Shown here piece after piece: positions 36,176 to 49,063 of a DNA stretch of 64,000 nucleotides; position 1 is the first letter of the stretch, and the number at the start of each line of letters is the position of its first letter. The notes beneath the pieces are model-generated. The model saw nothing but the letters and a program-made list of their open reading frames with translations, searched no databases and was not told the origin of the DNA. Source of the stretch: Phaeosaccion multiseriatum (lineage: Eukaryota; Protista; Ochrophyta, other classes); the NCBI GenBank assembly GCA_965112735.1, contig OZ218954.1, positions 806,001 to 870,000 on the forward strand, read 5' to 3'. The translations under genes and the position numbers were made by a program.

Positions 36176-37050
36176 GTACATGGACTTGGGATGAGGAATC
36201 TCCACCACACCGCACTCGAGGAGTGGTCGGTCTGGGCATCCATTTGAGGATAACTGTGGTGAGTGCACCTACTTGAGTACGTATCACACACCATACGAAG
36301 AGTGCATCGTCTGAGGATCTGAACATGTACTCTGTAGCTGGTAGTGCTCGGGTGCGTGAGAGGTCGACGGCTGCAGTAGTGGATTCTTTGGCAGAGGCTG
36401 GGCTAGTGAATTGGGCTGGGAATTGTATAGAGTGGGGGAGAGACAGGACATGAAATGAAGGGAGAGGCTCTTGTGTGTGTCCGTGCTACTCCTCTATTCG
36501 ACGGAAGGCCTACGGTGAATGCGTTGAATGAGAAGCAGGAGCAGCGGTGGGACTATACGGCCGGGCAAGGAGATGCACAAAAGGAGAGGTGCGCGTATCA
36601 AAACATCAAAAAGAGTCGAGTCATTCCGGAGGGAAAAAAAAAAATAATAAAAAGTTCTTTATAAATAGAAATTAAATCTATATACAACGCCCCAACACAC
36701 GAGCCCAAAGCCGCCCTCTCCGAAGGGACAAGGCTCGCGCGCCGTTCGTCACGTTGCTTGCTCTCTGTGGTGCGCTGGAAAATAAAGGTCCGACTCGCAA
36801 CACCCGGCCCCCTTCCCCTCAAGCGCTGGTATAAAGCCCCGGTGGGATGGGGTGAGGTCGAGCACAGGTTTCGAATGCTTCAAGGGGAAGGGGGTGGGCG
36901 TATTGCTTCGCCTCGGTCTACATAGGGCGACGCAGGCATGCTCCTGTCGGTTTCTCTTTGACTATACGTGGTCCAATGTCGCTGCCCTTGCTCCTGTTCG
37001 TCCTCAGCGACAGCAGCAGCAGCTCCCCCCCCCCCCCACTTTGGAAGAGC

Positions 37051-38200
37051 TTAGTTCCAGTTGTAGGAGAAGCCAAGCACATCGTTGATGATGTAGGGGT
37101 GTCCGTCAAGCTTCTCGTGCACCATGAGGGCGAGGATGCCCATCTGCGCGGCGCGGCCGTTGTTAAGCTCAATGGCGCGCTTGCGCAGCTGGGTCTCCTC
37201 GTCCCAGGACTCCCACGTCTTGTTGGGGGCGAATCGGTTCATGTCACCGGGGGTGGAGCCCTCCACCTGGAGCATGACGCCAGTCTCCAGCCATCCGATG
37301 AACACCGCCAGCTGGACCAGGCCCAGGAGAGGGATGTGGGACAGCGCAGCCAAGCCGTTGGGCACATCCGAGAACTTGATGTTCTCAGACACCGACAGGT
37401 AGCCGGGCAGGCGCACGTTCTGCTGGACCAGGTGGCCAAGGATGGCAAGCATCGAAATACGGCCGTGCTTGACCTCAACGTATCGGAGTCGGTCGAATCG
37501 CTCCTGGTCGGCGTCCACAACGAGCCCAAGGGGATCGTAGAACCTGGTGGTGAGGGTGAGGGAGTGACGAGAGTAGGACGGAGTGAGAAGGGGAGGAGGC
37601 AGTGTGAGGAGAGTGTGAGGCTCAAATGGCCGGAGGGGTGGTGGGGGGGGGGTGCCGCAGCAACTATAGAGGGTGGGGGGTGCCGCAAGCAACTACAGAG
37701 GTTCAGCAAGTGAAATCCTGAGACAGGTACGTAAGCAAAAAACATGGATGATGTCACTCAGTGGAGATGCAGCAAGTAATCGATGCAGGGAAGTGACAAG
37801 CGTGCAGCAAAGCCCCTTCAGTGCCGTTGCATGCGGTTGCAAAGCGAAATGCACGCAGCACTTGCGGCGCAACGTACGTCAGCCCCTTCCCTCGAAGAGG
37901 TGGGCAGCCTTCCGAAACAAGCATCCTTTCTTCCGCGTCTCCCCCGCTGCACCGTGCACCGACAGACACAGCCACGACAAGTCGTCCCCTTCTCTCCCCT
38001 TCCCTTCCCCCCCCCGTACCACCGGTCTCTCTCACTCACCCGATGGGGGCCTGAGCTCCGAGCTCCCCCTCGAAGCTCATCTTCATGCTGCTGCTACTCT
38101 TGGGGGCCTTGGCGATCGCGCCGCCGGTGAAGGCGGTGGGTGCCACGAAGGCGGAGGCGCACCCGAGGGTGGCCAGTGCGGCGAGGCAAGCAGTCTTCAT
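37051..38200 (-). CDS. Lhcf: Light-harvesting chlorophyll-binding antenna protein (Lhcf/FCP/VCP type); 2 exons
   Basis: Exon 1 38200-38040: MKTACLAALATLGCASA-FVAP...FEGELGAQAPIG. Exon 2 37543-37051: FYDPLG, RLRYVEVKHGRISMLA, ELNNGRAAQMG. Confidence 0.95.
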
Positions 38201-38506
38201 TCTAGGAGAGGGTAAAGAGATGGACAAAGCAAAAATGTTGAGTGTAAGGGAATGGAGGATACATCCTGAGCCCCGGGGGGTAGGATCATTGACTTGGTTG
38301 GCGTTACATTCGTGTGCATTTTTTAAATGGGAAGGAGAGATGGGAAAAAGAGAGAAACAACAAGAGAGATCCAGAGGATGGAGACAAAGAGAGAGAGAGA
38401 ACGGGGGGCGATGAACGATAGATAGATAGACAGAGACAGAGACACATATAGAGATTGGGAGACAGAGAAAGAGGTATCTGTTACAGCAGGGGGCTCTCTC
38501 TCCCTA

Positions 38507-40490
38507 TGGAGTCGGTGTGCAGCAATGCGGGATCCAGCCTGCGAGGAGGGGGCGGGGTGGCCTCCGTGGCGTATTCGGAGCGGCCCTTACCCATGTCCCA
38601 GCGGGCGGCCATGAATAAAGTCCTGAAGAAGAAACTCAGCACGTCGAGTCTGGTGTTTGGCGACATGAGTCTGGACTACAGCCGCAGCAGCACGCAGCAG
38701 CACCCGGAGTTGAAAGACCTATTTGACCCCGAGCAGGCAAAGAAGAACAAGGAGATGAAAAGAGGCAAGTGAACAGCTCGCTTTCTCTCCCCACAAACTC
38801 TATCCCTTTCTCCCCTTCCCTATCTGGCCCCTCTGTGACCCCTGACCCTGACTCCCTGCTCCGCACGGCTCTCTCAAACAGCGCTCACGGAAACTGGAGT
38901 CGTGTTGGGCACAGAGCCAAATGAGTGGGGCAAAACAAGCAGCGCTTTCGTGGACCCTGGAGACAAGCTGCACGAGTTTAGAGGTAGACTGAACGTCGGC
39001 GCGAAGAAGGGCTTGGTACGCTCCTCGATCAAGTTTGGGGATGTCAAGGCCACAGAGGATACGTATCACGTAAGTCTCAAGCCTCTGGTCCGCACATCCA
39101 CGTTACTGGTCTGTTCTCTCCGCACTTATGTGCGACTCTCTGCCTCGAACCACATCACCACCACCACCAGCCAGCCAACCAAGCGAGAACTGCTGCTGAC
39201 CAAATGGGATTATCTTTCCTGTTTGTCACACATCGCACGCTCATTGTCTTGTGCGCCTCTATTTGCCGCTTGTTCTTTTTCTTATCCTTCTCGCCCTCAC
39301 AGACATATAGGGGCCAGCCGCTGTCGGCCGATGTACAGCAGGCAGCGAGGGAGCAATACGACTGTAACCGGAAAAGTTACACGGCCTTACTAGAGAGGGC
39401 CCGAAATCCAACCGAAGTTCTTTCACTGAATGGCAGCAGTGGCAGGATCAACTACAGGGCGAGCGGCCCCTCCTCTTGCGTCAGGAGGGCTCGGGGATTG
39501 GGCGGTTGCTTCATCAAGACGCCCAACAACGCCCGTGACGAACAAGACGAGGGACTAAGGGGGGGGGGAGATGATGCGGCATTGTATTGTACTAGTGGAG
39601 AGTCTTGCTACGGAGATTGCACCTCAAGCCTTGCAGCAGGGCCGACAGCTCCAGCCCGGATAAGGAATAGAAAGCCCAAGAACAACATTGTCCTCGGGGA
39701 CAACAGAATGGTGGTAAGCAGTATACAGATGGAAAAAAAGGGGGGGAGAAGTAGACACTAGAGAGTATATCATCCATCCACACGCCACATAGGAGAAGGA
39801 GCCCGTTCTATGTCTTACTGAGCACAACCCAGGAACGCGCCCTCCTTGGGCCCTCCTCGCCGCTCACAGCCCCCCTGGAAAGGCGTGTGTCTCGCTCAAC
39901 AATACTCATGCCCTCCCACGCACTTGTCAATTTGCGATGGTACCCTATGCTGCGGCCCCCCACCCATTACACGTGTCATGCCCTTTTCCTTCCCGTTGCT
40001 CACAGGTGACAAAGACGGCGATGAGAGACAGTTTGGATCGCGTGGTGGAGGCCGCCCAGAGAGACTCAGCCAGCGGACAGCTGCACACAGGCATAGACCC
40101 CAAGGTGCTCAAGAAGGCGCTAACAGGTACATTCACATTGTCATTCTCTACTCTCTCTTGTCTCTTTTGTCTCTCTCTCTCTCGCTCTCTCCGTCACTAC
40201 CTCCCTCCCTCCCCCCCTCCCCCCCTCCCTCACTCACTTCCTCACGTACTCACCCATCCACCCACTCACTCACTTACTCACTCACTCGCTCACTCACTCA
40301 CTCACTCACTCACTCACACACTCACTCACACACTCACTCACTCACTCAACACTCAGGGTCGTCGATAATGCTCGGCGACGCCGCCAACGACTGGTCCACG
40401 AGCAGCACCATGGAGAACTGGTACAGTGACGACACTTACTACGATGTTGACGTAGAGGCTGAATCATCAATATGTCCATCGATTACTTAA
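38507..40490 (+). CDS. Uncharacterised multi-exon protein with repeated (S/T/N)-S-[IL]-x-[FL]-G-D motif
   Basis: Exons ~38507-38764, 38882-39069, ~39303-39714, 40006-40126 and 40357-40490 carry STSSLVFGD, TETGVVLGT, RSSIKFGD, KNNIVLGD and GSSIMLGD. The middle exon structure is uncertain. Confidence 0.6.
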
Positions 40491-40689
40491 TTAAATAAGT
40501 TAGTGGTTACCTTTAGTTAAGAGAAAAAAGAATAATCAAGCGACCAATCAACCAATCAATCAATCAATCAATCAGTCCACCAACCAGCCAGCCACAACCA
40601 AGCAAGCAAGCAACCAACCAGCCAATCCATCATTCAATGGATCAATCAATCGATCGATCAACCAACCAACCGACCACCTCACCACCCGG

Positions 40690-40938
40690 TCAATCAAGGA
40701 GCTCATCCAGCAGCAACCCGTCCCTCAACTGGAGGGGAATGGCTTCCTCATTGTCGGACAGCACCGCCTCCGCCACAACCTCTCCGATAAAGGCGTGATG
40801 GATCAGACCCCGGGGGCCCAAGGCAGCTACCACCCAGGGGGTTGGGCTGCTTATGCTTGGGCCAAGGTCCCGTTGCAGCTGGTCTCCCCCCCCCTCCTCC
40901 TCCTCCTCCTCCTCCTCCTCCTCCTCCTCCTCCTCCTC

Positions 40939-40972
<34 letters not shown>

Positions 40973-43900
40973 CCCCTCAGCCTCCCAGCAAGGGGGATAC
41001 GGCCGTAGCTGCTGCGCTCTCTGATCAGTAAAGAGCAGGCAAGGAAAAGGACGACGAAGTGGTGGTGGTGGTGGTGGAGGAGGAGGAGGAGGAGGAGGAG
41101 GAGGAGGAGGAGGAGGAGGAGGAGGAGGAGGAGGCGGAGGAGGAGGCGGAGGCGGAGGAGGAAGAGGAGGAGAGGGAGGACGGGCGGCTCAGCATCCAGG
41201 GTGGGCGGTAGCGCAGGTGAAGAGAGCATAACGGAGACGGGTGATCGAAGTCAATCAACTGAAACTGAAGCTTACCGCCCCACCCGCGTCCCGCAGGTCA
41301 CCCTTGTTGGCTTTCGTCCGCGAAGCCCCTGGGTGTGTATGTGCGTGCGTGCATGCGTGCGTTTCGCGAAAGGATAGGGGGGCGGAGACGTAAGAAAGAG
41401 GGGACAGGGCGAGCAAGACCATATCCGTGTATATCTCGGGGGGGACTACACGCACGCACACACACACACACGCACGCACGCACCCGATAAAAGACCTCGA
41501 TTTTGGGTGTGATATCCTGCTCCGCTTCGCTCATATCGAGCGGTCCACCCCTGCCGGTGAGGGGGATCCTGTCCTTGGTGGAGCCTGTTGACGGAGATAC
41601 GACCGGCAAGGAGGGAGGCAGGAGGAGGTGATGAGGAGGACGATGAGGCGTACGTGTAAAAATCACCGCTCTTGTTCCGTCTCTCCCTCTCAACCCCCCC
41701 CCCCCCCCCCTTCCTATCCCCTCCCCTCCTCTCTCTCCTCTCCCCTGCTGTCTCCTCTCCCTTCTCCCTCTCCATCTCTCTCTATCCTGTCTCTCTCTTC
41801 CCTCTCCCCTGCTGTCTCCTCTCCCTTCTCTCTCTCCATCTCTCTCTATCCTGTCTCTCTCTTCCCTCTCCCCTGCTGTCTCCTCTCCCTTCTCTCTCTC
41901 CATCTCTCTCTATCCTGTCTCTCTCTTCCCTCTCCCCTGCTGTCTCCTTTCCCTTCTCTCTCTCCATCTCTCTCTATCCTGTCTCTCTCTTCCCTCTCCC
42001 CTGCTGTCTCCTCTCCCTTCTCTCTCTCCATCTCTCTCTATCCTGTCTCTCTCTGTCTTGCTCTCTCTGTCTCTCTCCATCTCTCTCTATCCTGTCTCTC
42101 TCTGTCTTGCTCTCTCTGTCTCTCTCCATCTCTCTCTATCCTGTCTCTCTCTTCCCTCTCCCCTGCTGTCTCCTCTCCCTTCTCTCTCTCCATCTCTCTC
42201 TATCCTGTCTCTCTCTGTCTTGCTCTCTCTGTCTCTCTCCATCTCTCTCTATCCTGTCTCTCTCTGTCTTGCTCTCTCTGTCTCTCTCCATCTCTCTCTA
42301 TCCTGTCTCTCTCTTCCCTCTCCCCTGCTGTCTCCTCTCCCTTCTCTCTCTCCATCTCTCTCTATCCTGTCTCTCTCTGTCTTGCTCTCTCTGTCTCTCT
42401 CCATCTCTCTCTATCCTGTCTCTCTCTGTCTCTCCTCTCCCCTCCTCTCCTTCTCTTCTCTCCGTCTCGATCTCTCTCACTCTCTTTCTCTTCCCCCTTC
42501 TCACCGATGATAAGCTCATTCCGCCCCGGCCCATTGGGCACCACATACTGCCCATAGAGTACAGCGGTGTCAAGCCTGTCCTGCCTCCCAGAAGAAGACG
42601 AATGCCCCCCATTCTCCTTCTCCTCTACGCTAATGTCGTTGTCATAGACAAGGCTCTGCCCTCTTACAAGATGTAGGCCCTTGACCTCTTTCACCCCGGA
42701 CAGCTCCGCCACACCTGCCCCCATGGCCACCACCACTGCGTCAAACCCTAATTCGCCATCTGTGACTCTGTTGTTGATTTTCTCGCTGGTGTCAGGACTG
42801 TTGCTTCTCTCACTGGTGCTGCTCTCGCTTGCTCCCTCCCCCACAGTCACACCTACTACAGAATCCCCCGCTGCTTCCCAACCCCCTACACCCCCCGGGT
42901 CAGTGACGTCATCAACTCGCTTCTTGACCCAGGTGGCCCCCAGCTTCTCACAGGCCTTCCACAGCCCCTCCATGTATAGGGTGGATTCGATGATCACGCC
43001 TCCTTCGATCCGCACCCCGGCCCGAGAGGCGGTCTGCTTAGCTCCTCCTCCTCCTCCTGCTGCTGCTGCTGCTACTGCTCCTGCTCCTCCCCCTATTGTT
43101 GTGGTTGTTGTTGCTGCTGTTGCTGCTGCTGCTGTTGTCGTTGTTGTTGCTGCTGCTGGTGCTGTATCACCATCTGCTGCGCCGTTCCCTGACTCGCTGC
43201 TATCGACCGGCACCGCCGCAACATGTTCGCTACAAATAGTGTCGAGGTAGTCGAGGTTGATGCCTGGGGCTTGCTCACGCATCTCTTGGACGCTTAGCCA
43301 CGACAGTCGGTGTGGGTTGGCTTTCATCTGTTCCGTTCGGGAGTGAGTGTGTAGGTTAGAGTAGGGTAGGGCCCATGGGTTCATGACAAAAACAGAAAAG
43401 GCGCAGCGTGCCGGGCGTGGGAGAGGTAAAAGTTGGTAGTCTTGGGGGCGGCGAGGGAGAAGGGTAGAGAAAGAGAGAGAGAAGCAAGGGAGGGGGGGGG
43501 GGGCGAGAAGGGGAGAGTGGGAAAAACCCAACCCGACCACCCCTTTACGTCCCCAACGAAAGTAAGCTCTCTCCCGCCTTCGTGTCCATTGCTCTCTCCA
43601 CACAAATACGCACCCCTTTGGTGATGGTCTTGTACATATTGCTGTCGAGTATGGGTCGAACGATATTGGTGCATCGCACGCAGCTGTCACCCCCGTTCTC
43701 AGCGTCCGCCACCGCGATAAGTCGATGCGCCGCGGCCAGCCCCTCTTCTCCTTTCCATAGGATCTTTCCGCGAGCGCTCAGAGGGTGAAGTAAACCTTTA
43801 TGCACAGGAGGAGGGGAGGTGGGTGCAGATAATGACGTTGGTGAGAGGCACTCTGGACGGTGTAGGGGATGGATCCTCCTCCTCCTCCACCTTTGCCCTC

Positions 43901-44321
43901 CAGCTTTTCCTCTTCTTTCATCCCTCTTCAAGGCGCGCCACCTACTTGCCTGCGGACACTGCTGAAGCTCCACGCTTGTCAATGTCCTGGGGGTCGAAAA
44001 GGACTGCAGAGGACAGGAGGGAGAGAAGGACCCAGCAAAAGGTAAGATGAAGGAGAGAATGAGCCAAGAGAAACCTCACTCACCTACGGATGCTCCTCGC
44101 TTCGCCAAGTTGTATGTTACAGCCAAGCCCGAGAAGCCTCCACCGACAACAGCGACGCGGAAGCCCCGGGCTCCTGATATGGCAGCCATCACCAGCACCA
44201 CGATGGTGGTGACTCTACCGCTTCGGCTACCGCTGCTGCTGCTGCTGCTGCTGCTGGTGGTGGTGGTGGTGCTGGTCGTCGTGCTCCTTCTCCTACGGTG
44301 GTGTATCCTGAGACTTGCCAT
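40690..44321 (-). CDS. FAD-dependent oxidoreductase (DAO/glycine-oxidase-like family), multi-exon
   Basis: Rossmann motif RVAVVGGGFSGLAV, then GASAVSAGLLHP, FDAVVVAMGAG, LVRGQ, IIGST, and C-terminal PWVVAALGPRGLIHHA. Stop at 40690. Confidence 0.88.
41730..42440. repeat. Intronic compound minisatellite of 64-bp and 49-bp CT-rich units
   Basis: The anchor ccatctctctctatcctgtc recurs at 64-bp spacing, then at 42028, 42077, 42126, 42190, 42239, 42288, 42352 and 42401 (49,49,64,49,49,64,49). Confidence 0.9.
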
Positions 44322-44488
44322 GTGGCGGCTGACTGGAGGCTGGAGGATATAATGATGAGAGGAAGAGACAGCAAAAAGGACAAGACAAGCACACGTGTTG
44401 GTGGCTCAAGTTGAGATCACAGATGCCGGGCTGCCGCATAGGGGAGGAAGAAGGGTCCTCGAGGTGGTGAACGGCAAGTTTTGCAAAG

Positions 44489-45481
44489 ATGGCGGGCCGG
44501 GGGAGAGGGGGGAGAGGCGGAGGGCGGGGAGGAGGCTCTGAGGGCTTTAACCTCCTCCGGGAAACGGCCGACGACCTGGGGATAGACTCGCGGACCATCG
44601 GGTTTGAGGTGAGGGCCAGGAGGAATTGGGGTCAGAAAGGGGGACCAACCCTACCTTTTACCTCTACCCTTTCTCTCTCTCTCTCTGACAGTACACTCCC
44701 TCTGCTTGCCCCCTTCTCTGTCCGCTCATTTGCTCATGCGTAGAACGACCCTCCGCCTCTGTATCCTGAAATGGCCCTACCGAGCCCCGTGATGCTCACC
44801 GAGGAGGACCGATATCGCGTGCAGAAGCAACGAGAGCTGGTGTTCAGACTCCGAAACTCGCCATATCATATCGTTCAGGTGTGCAATGGGGGCGGAGAGA
44901 GAAGAGCGGCGAGTTTGGCGTCCCCGATTTCAGTTCTCTTGCTCGCCCCGTTCACCTGTTCAGGTCCTCTCTCGCCCCTCTCGCAGGCGAATAGCATCAA
45001 CGATATCGAGCGCTACACCGACCACAGGAGGAAAGGCGCCGGTCGCGGCCGCGGCCGCGGCAGCAGCAGCAGCAGTAGCCTCTACCAGTCGCTTACTTCG
45101 GCGCCAACGGAGGCAGGAGAGACGTATCTACCGGCGGAGCTAATTGGCAACAAGCTCGTAGCGGGAGGGAGGCAGGGAGGCACCGCAGCAGCGGCAGCAG
45201 CGGCGGCTGCAGCGATCCCACACCTTGCGCGGTCCGGCAAGGCTCTTAGCGCGCTGGAAGACAGAGAACAAAAGAGCCAAGCAGGCGGAGGGGCGGGAGG
45301 GACGCCCGGGAAGGCCGCAGGAGCAGCCGGAGATGAGCAGGGCAGCGATGTGGACCAGGAAGAGCAACCCGAGAACATCGTGGAGGATGAGGACGACTAC
45401 GGCATCAACCATTACGACAGTGCAGAAGAGAGGATGAGCGATGACGGAGGGGGGGGGGATGGAGGGGACGCAATCTTTTGA
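44489..45481 (+). CDS. RPC7: RNA polymerase III subunit RPC7 (C31/POLR3G-like); 3 exons
   Basis: N-terminus MAGRGRGGRGG, then PPPLYP, LRNSPYHI, DIERYTD, YLPAEL, and an acidic tail DDYGINHYD...DAIF*. This is the hallmark motif order of Rpc31. Confidence 0.88.
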
Positions 45482-45812
45482 TTGGATTTGTCAAGGCGGA
45501 CGGGCAAGACGACCGTCCATGGGGCCCTTCGGACGCAATCTTTTCGCATTCCTCACTGTTGGGCGAACTCTACAGAATGAAGAACCACGGACACAGCGGC
45601 GAGTGGACCAAACCGCAGAGCTCCTCCGATTGTCGCAGACTAAAATAGGTTTTGCAGCAGAAGGAAGGCGCCACAGGAGCCGCACACTATCTTAGGGGGG
45701 GCAGATTCATCGGGCCGTGAGTTGGGAGTGGTGGGGAGACAGAGAGACAGACGAAGAGAAAGGGAGGGAGAGAGAGAGAACAGAGAGAGACAGGGACACA
45801 GACAGGTAACTG

Positions 45813-45845
<33 letters not shown>

Positions 45846-46863
45846 GTCAGACAGACAGCCAGATAGTCAGGTGGGAGATGTAGCAGCTTTCGCCCCTCGG
45901 GGACAGTCACAGTCAGCAGCATATCCATCACCTTCCTCCTCCCTCTCCTCTTGTTGGTTGAGGCGGGTTATGTGTGTGTGTATCTCAGCGGCACCACAAT
46001 TTCTACGGCCAAGGCCAAGAGGAGAGAATCTTGTTGAGCGGAGTGTTCGATGTTCTGGTGGCGAGGAGGCTGGAGGCTACAATAACTGTTGGCGCTTTTG
46101 TACCACCGTGAGGAATGCCCCCCCCTCCCCGCCCGGCCGCCCTGGGCAGCACTTGGGAGGAGCGCCAAAGCAGCAGCGGCCCACGAGAACAGGCGAGCAA
46201 ACGCGAGAGAGAGAGTGTTGCAGTGCTACTTGCGGTCCTACGTTGCGGGCGTGAGTGAGTGAGGAAGACAGAAGGGGCAGCGGCCAAGTCTGCTCAACAA
46301 AGTCGGAGGGGGAAATCGTGAGCGGCCACTTGAGTGGAGCATCTGAGCCTCTCCCCACTGAGACGCTGATGGCTCTGATGGCTCTGATGGCTCTGATGGC
46401 TCTGATGGCTCTCTCCCCCACCCCACTTCACTCTACTTCACTCTTACGCACCGAGCTAGTGGTTGAATGGCAAAGTCTTTGCCTCTTAATTTTCTTTCTT
46501 CAATGCTCGTGCCGTGAGATAAGCTCACGACCCGCCAAGGCATCTAAGCTATACACATCAGCTGCCTTCTTCCTCCCATCCATCAACTGCCTTCCTCCTG
46601 CTCGCGCTCCGCCTCTTGTAGTGCGGCTAGAGCCTCTGGGCTATACCTTTGTTGGTTGAGAGAGCGGGGAGAAGAGAAGAGAAAGAGAGAGAGAGGCGAC
46701 AAGCGTTAAGTGGCAGCAGCATCATCAACAGCAGCAGCAGCAGCAGCAGCAGCAGAGGATTGGGGTGTTGCGGCCTCCCCCCCCCCCCCCTTCTTCTGCT
46801 TCTCCTTCCCCTCCCCCTGCTTCAAATCTCACACATTTGCTTCGTATACAACGACTTCAGTAC

Positions 46864-47034
46864 TCACTTGTCCGATGGTTTTACTGCAAAAAATTCCAAA
46901 AACTGCTTCTCCAAGTCGTGACACTCCCCACAGATGACGACGCTGTTTGTACAGCACGAGGGGGGGGAGGAGGAGAGTGTGGGTGTTACGACAGTGAGGG
47001 AGTGTCAGGACAAAAGAGAGACAGGGGGGCACAA

Positions 47035-47076
<42 letters not shown>

Positions 47077-48975
47077 CAGGACAAAAGGAGCGAGAGCCAG
47101 AACAGATAGGAGAGAGAGCCAGAACAGATATACAGGAGAGAGCCGGCACAGACAAGACAGACAATCAGATAGACAGAGAGTGTTAGAACAAAGAGATAGA
47201 GAGCCAGGACAGCAACACAGATAAAGAGAGTGTCAGGACAGATTTTTAAAACCTTGTTGCTTGACCGATACATATATAATATACATGTGTAACGGCGGAC
47301 CTGTGTAATGGACCTCCAAAGTCCACGTCCACGAGCTCCTTAATAGGCCCTGCCACAATCTTTTGCGAAGGCTGACCTAGGCGGGCCATGCCTACAGCCA
47401 TTGCGTCCGGACCACACACTCCCTCCTCTTTGCCAGCCTGTGAGTCAGTGGATGAGTGGGTGGGTGGGTGCATCGGGATCCGCAGGTAGATCCGATTCGG
47501 AGGAGAGGAGGAGAAGGGTACCAGGGTATGAAGGACTTGAGTTATGCGTTGTCACGTCTTGGAATGGATTAGTTCGTGTGAGGTGTGGGATGAACGCGCC
47601 AAAAATGATACCCCCCCCCTTCCTCCTCCTCCTCCTCCTCCTCCTCCTCCTCCTCCTCCTCCTCCTCCTCCTCCTCCTCCTCCTCCTCCTCCTCCTCCTC
47701 TTCCCTAACCTCGACATCGAGGAGCTGCAACAGCGCCCCTCGTACAGTCATGTACCGGGGCGGCAGGAACTTGATCTTGCCCGCCCCCATGGCGGCGAAG
47801 TCCGGCTCCTTGACCTTGATGTCCACGAGACACAGCGTGTGCATGCCGCCCTGCTTGTTGTACTTTATCCGAGGGTAGAAGCTGCGCTCCAAGACAGGAG
47901 AGAGAGAGAGAGAGAAGGGGGGGAGGGGGGAGGAATAAGAAGACACACACACACACACACACGTACACACACATGCCATACGCGTGCCTGCCTGCCTACC
48001 CACCTGTCGGGTTTCCAGTTTCCCTCCCACAGGGGAATGCTTACGGTATACCCAAACTGATATAATTGCAGGCCACAGCTCGCCACAGCCCCCATCACAG
48101 ACGCGTTGTGGATCACCTAAGTCAGGGGAAGTCAGTTCAGTTGATTGGTAACATGACTTCACTGAGCCGCAGGCCTCTGAGAGATTCAGACGGACGCCGC
48201 GGAGGAGCCTCAGCAGTCTTTGAGTTTCAGTCATCAGCAACGGGGTGCCAAGGTGCTCGTTTATGGACACACCTCCACTACGATGCCCAGCTCCTTGGCG
48301 CGGATCAGGAGGTCCGTGTGAGTGGTGGCGCTGCAACAAACACGACACGACACAACAGGACAGCAACCAACAACAAAACAGGAGCACGGGACGTTGGAAT
48401 GGATTGACGATGTGTGCGTGTGTTTGTGCGTGCTCTAAATAGGAGCCCCGACCGAGTCAAAAGCCCCCCCCTCCCACCACATGCGATCAGAAGAAGCGCA
48501 TGGGCTACGTCGGAAGTCTAAGAGCAGGTGCCGACCTCTGAGCGATTCAGACAAAGGCCGCAAGAGTGTAGTGATCCACAGCTGCGGCGTACACAAACCA
48601 CAGATCAGCCACGCCGCAAGCCCCCGGTTCACACTCACACTCTTCTCACTACAACTCACTCGCCCCCCCTCACTCACTCACTCACTCACCCATTCCTCAC
48701 TCAGTCACTCACCATAACGGATCTCCAACAACGAGGAAGGCCACGTTCCCCTCCTTGGCCTCTTGGTAAATCTCCTCCGCCTGTGTCTCTACCATGTCCC
48801 TATCCGCGATCGTCACCTTCTTCTTGTAGAACGCCTCCAGCTTCTCCGGATCCACCCCGAGGATAGAGGTGTAGCGCTCTAGTACGACTTTACTGCAGCT
48901 CTGTATGGCTTCCAGTCCTCGCACAGTGATATCCTTCTCGTTGCCCAGCCCCAGCCCGATCATGTACAGCACCAT
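46864..48975 (-). CDS. DPH5: Diphthine methyl ester synthase; 6 exons
   Basis: [87 protein letters not shown]. Confidence 0.97.
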
Positions 48976-49063
48976 GCCTCCCTGCTCCTGCTGTGCCGCC
49001 TCCTCTGCGGCTTCGGCGCGGGGCCCTTGCGGCTTTCATTGACTTGTTACATGTTGGAATCCA

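Noticed and set aside
45500-46860. Possible small gene between RPC7 and DPH5
   Set aside because: Only short low-complexity ORFs and a 9-bp repeat (ggctctgat)n are present, with no recognisable protein or RNA gene.
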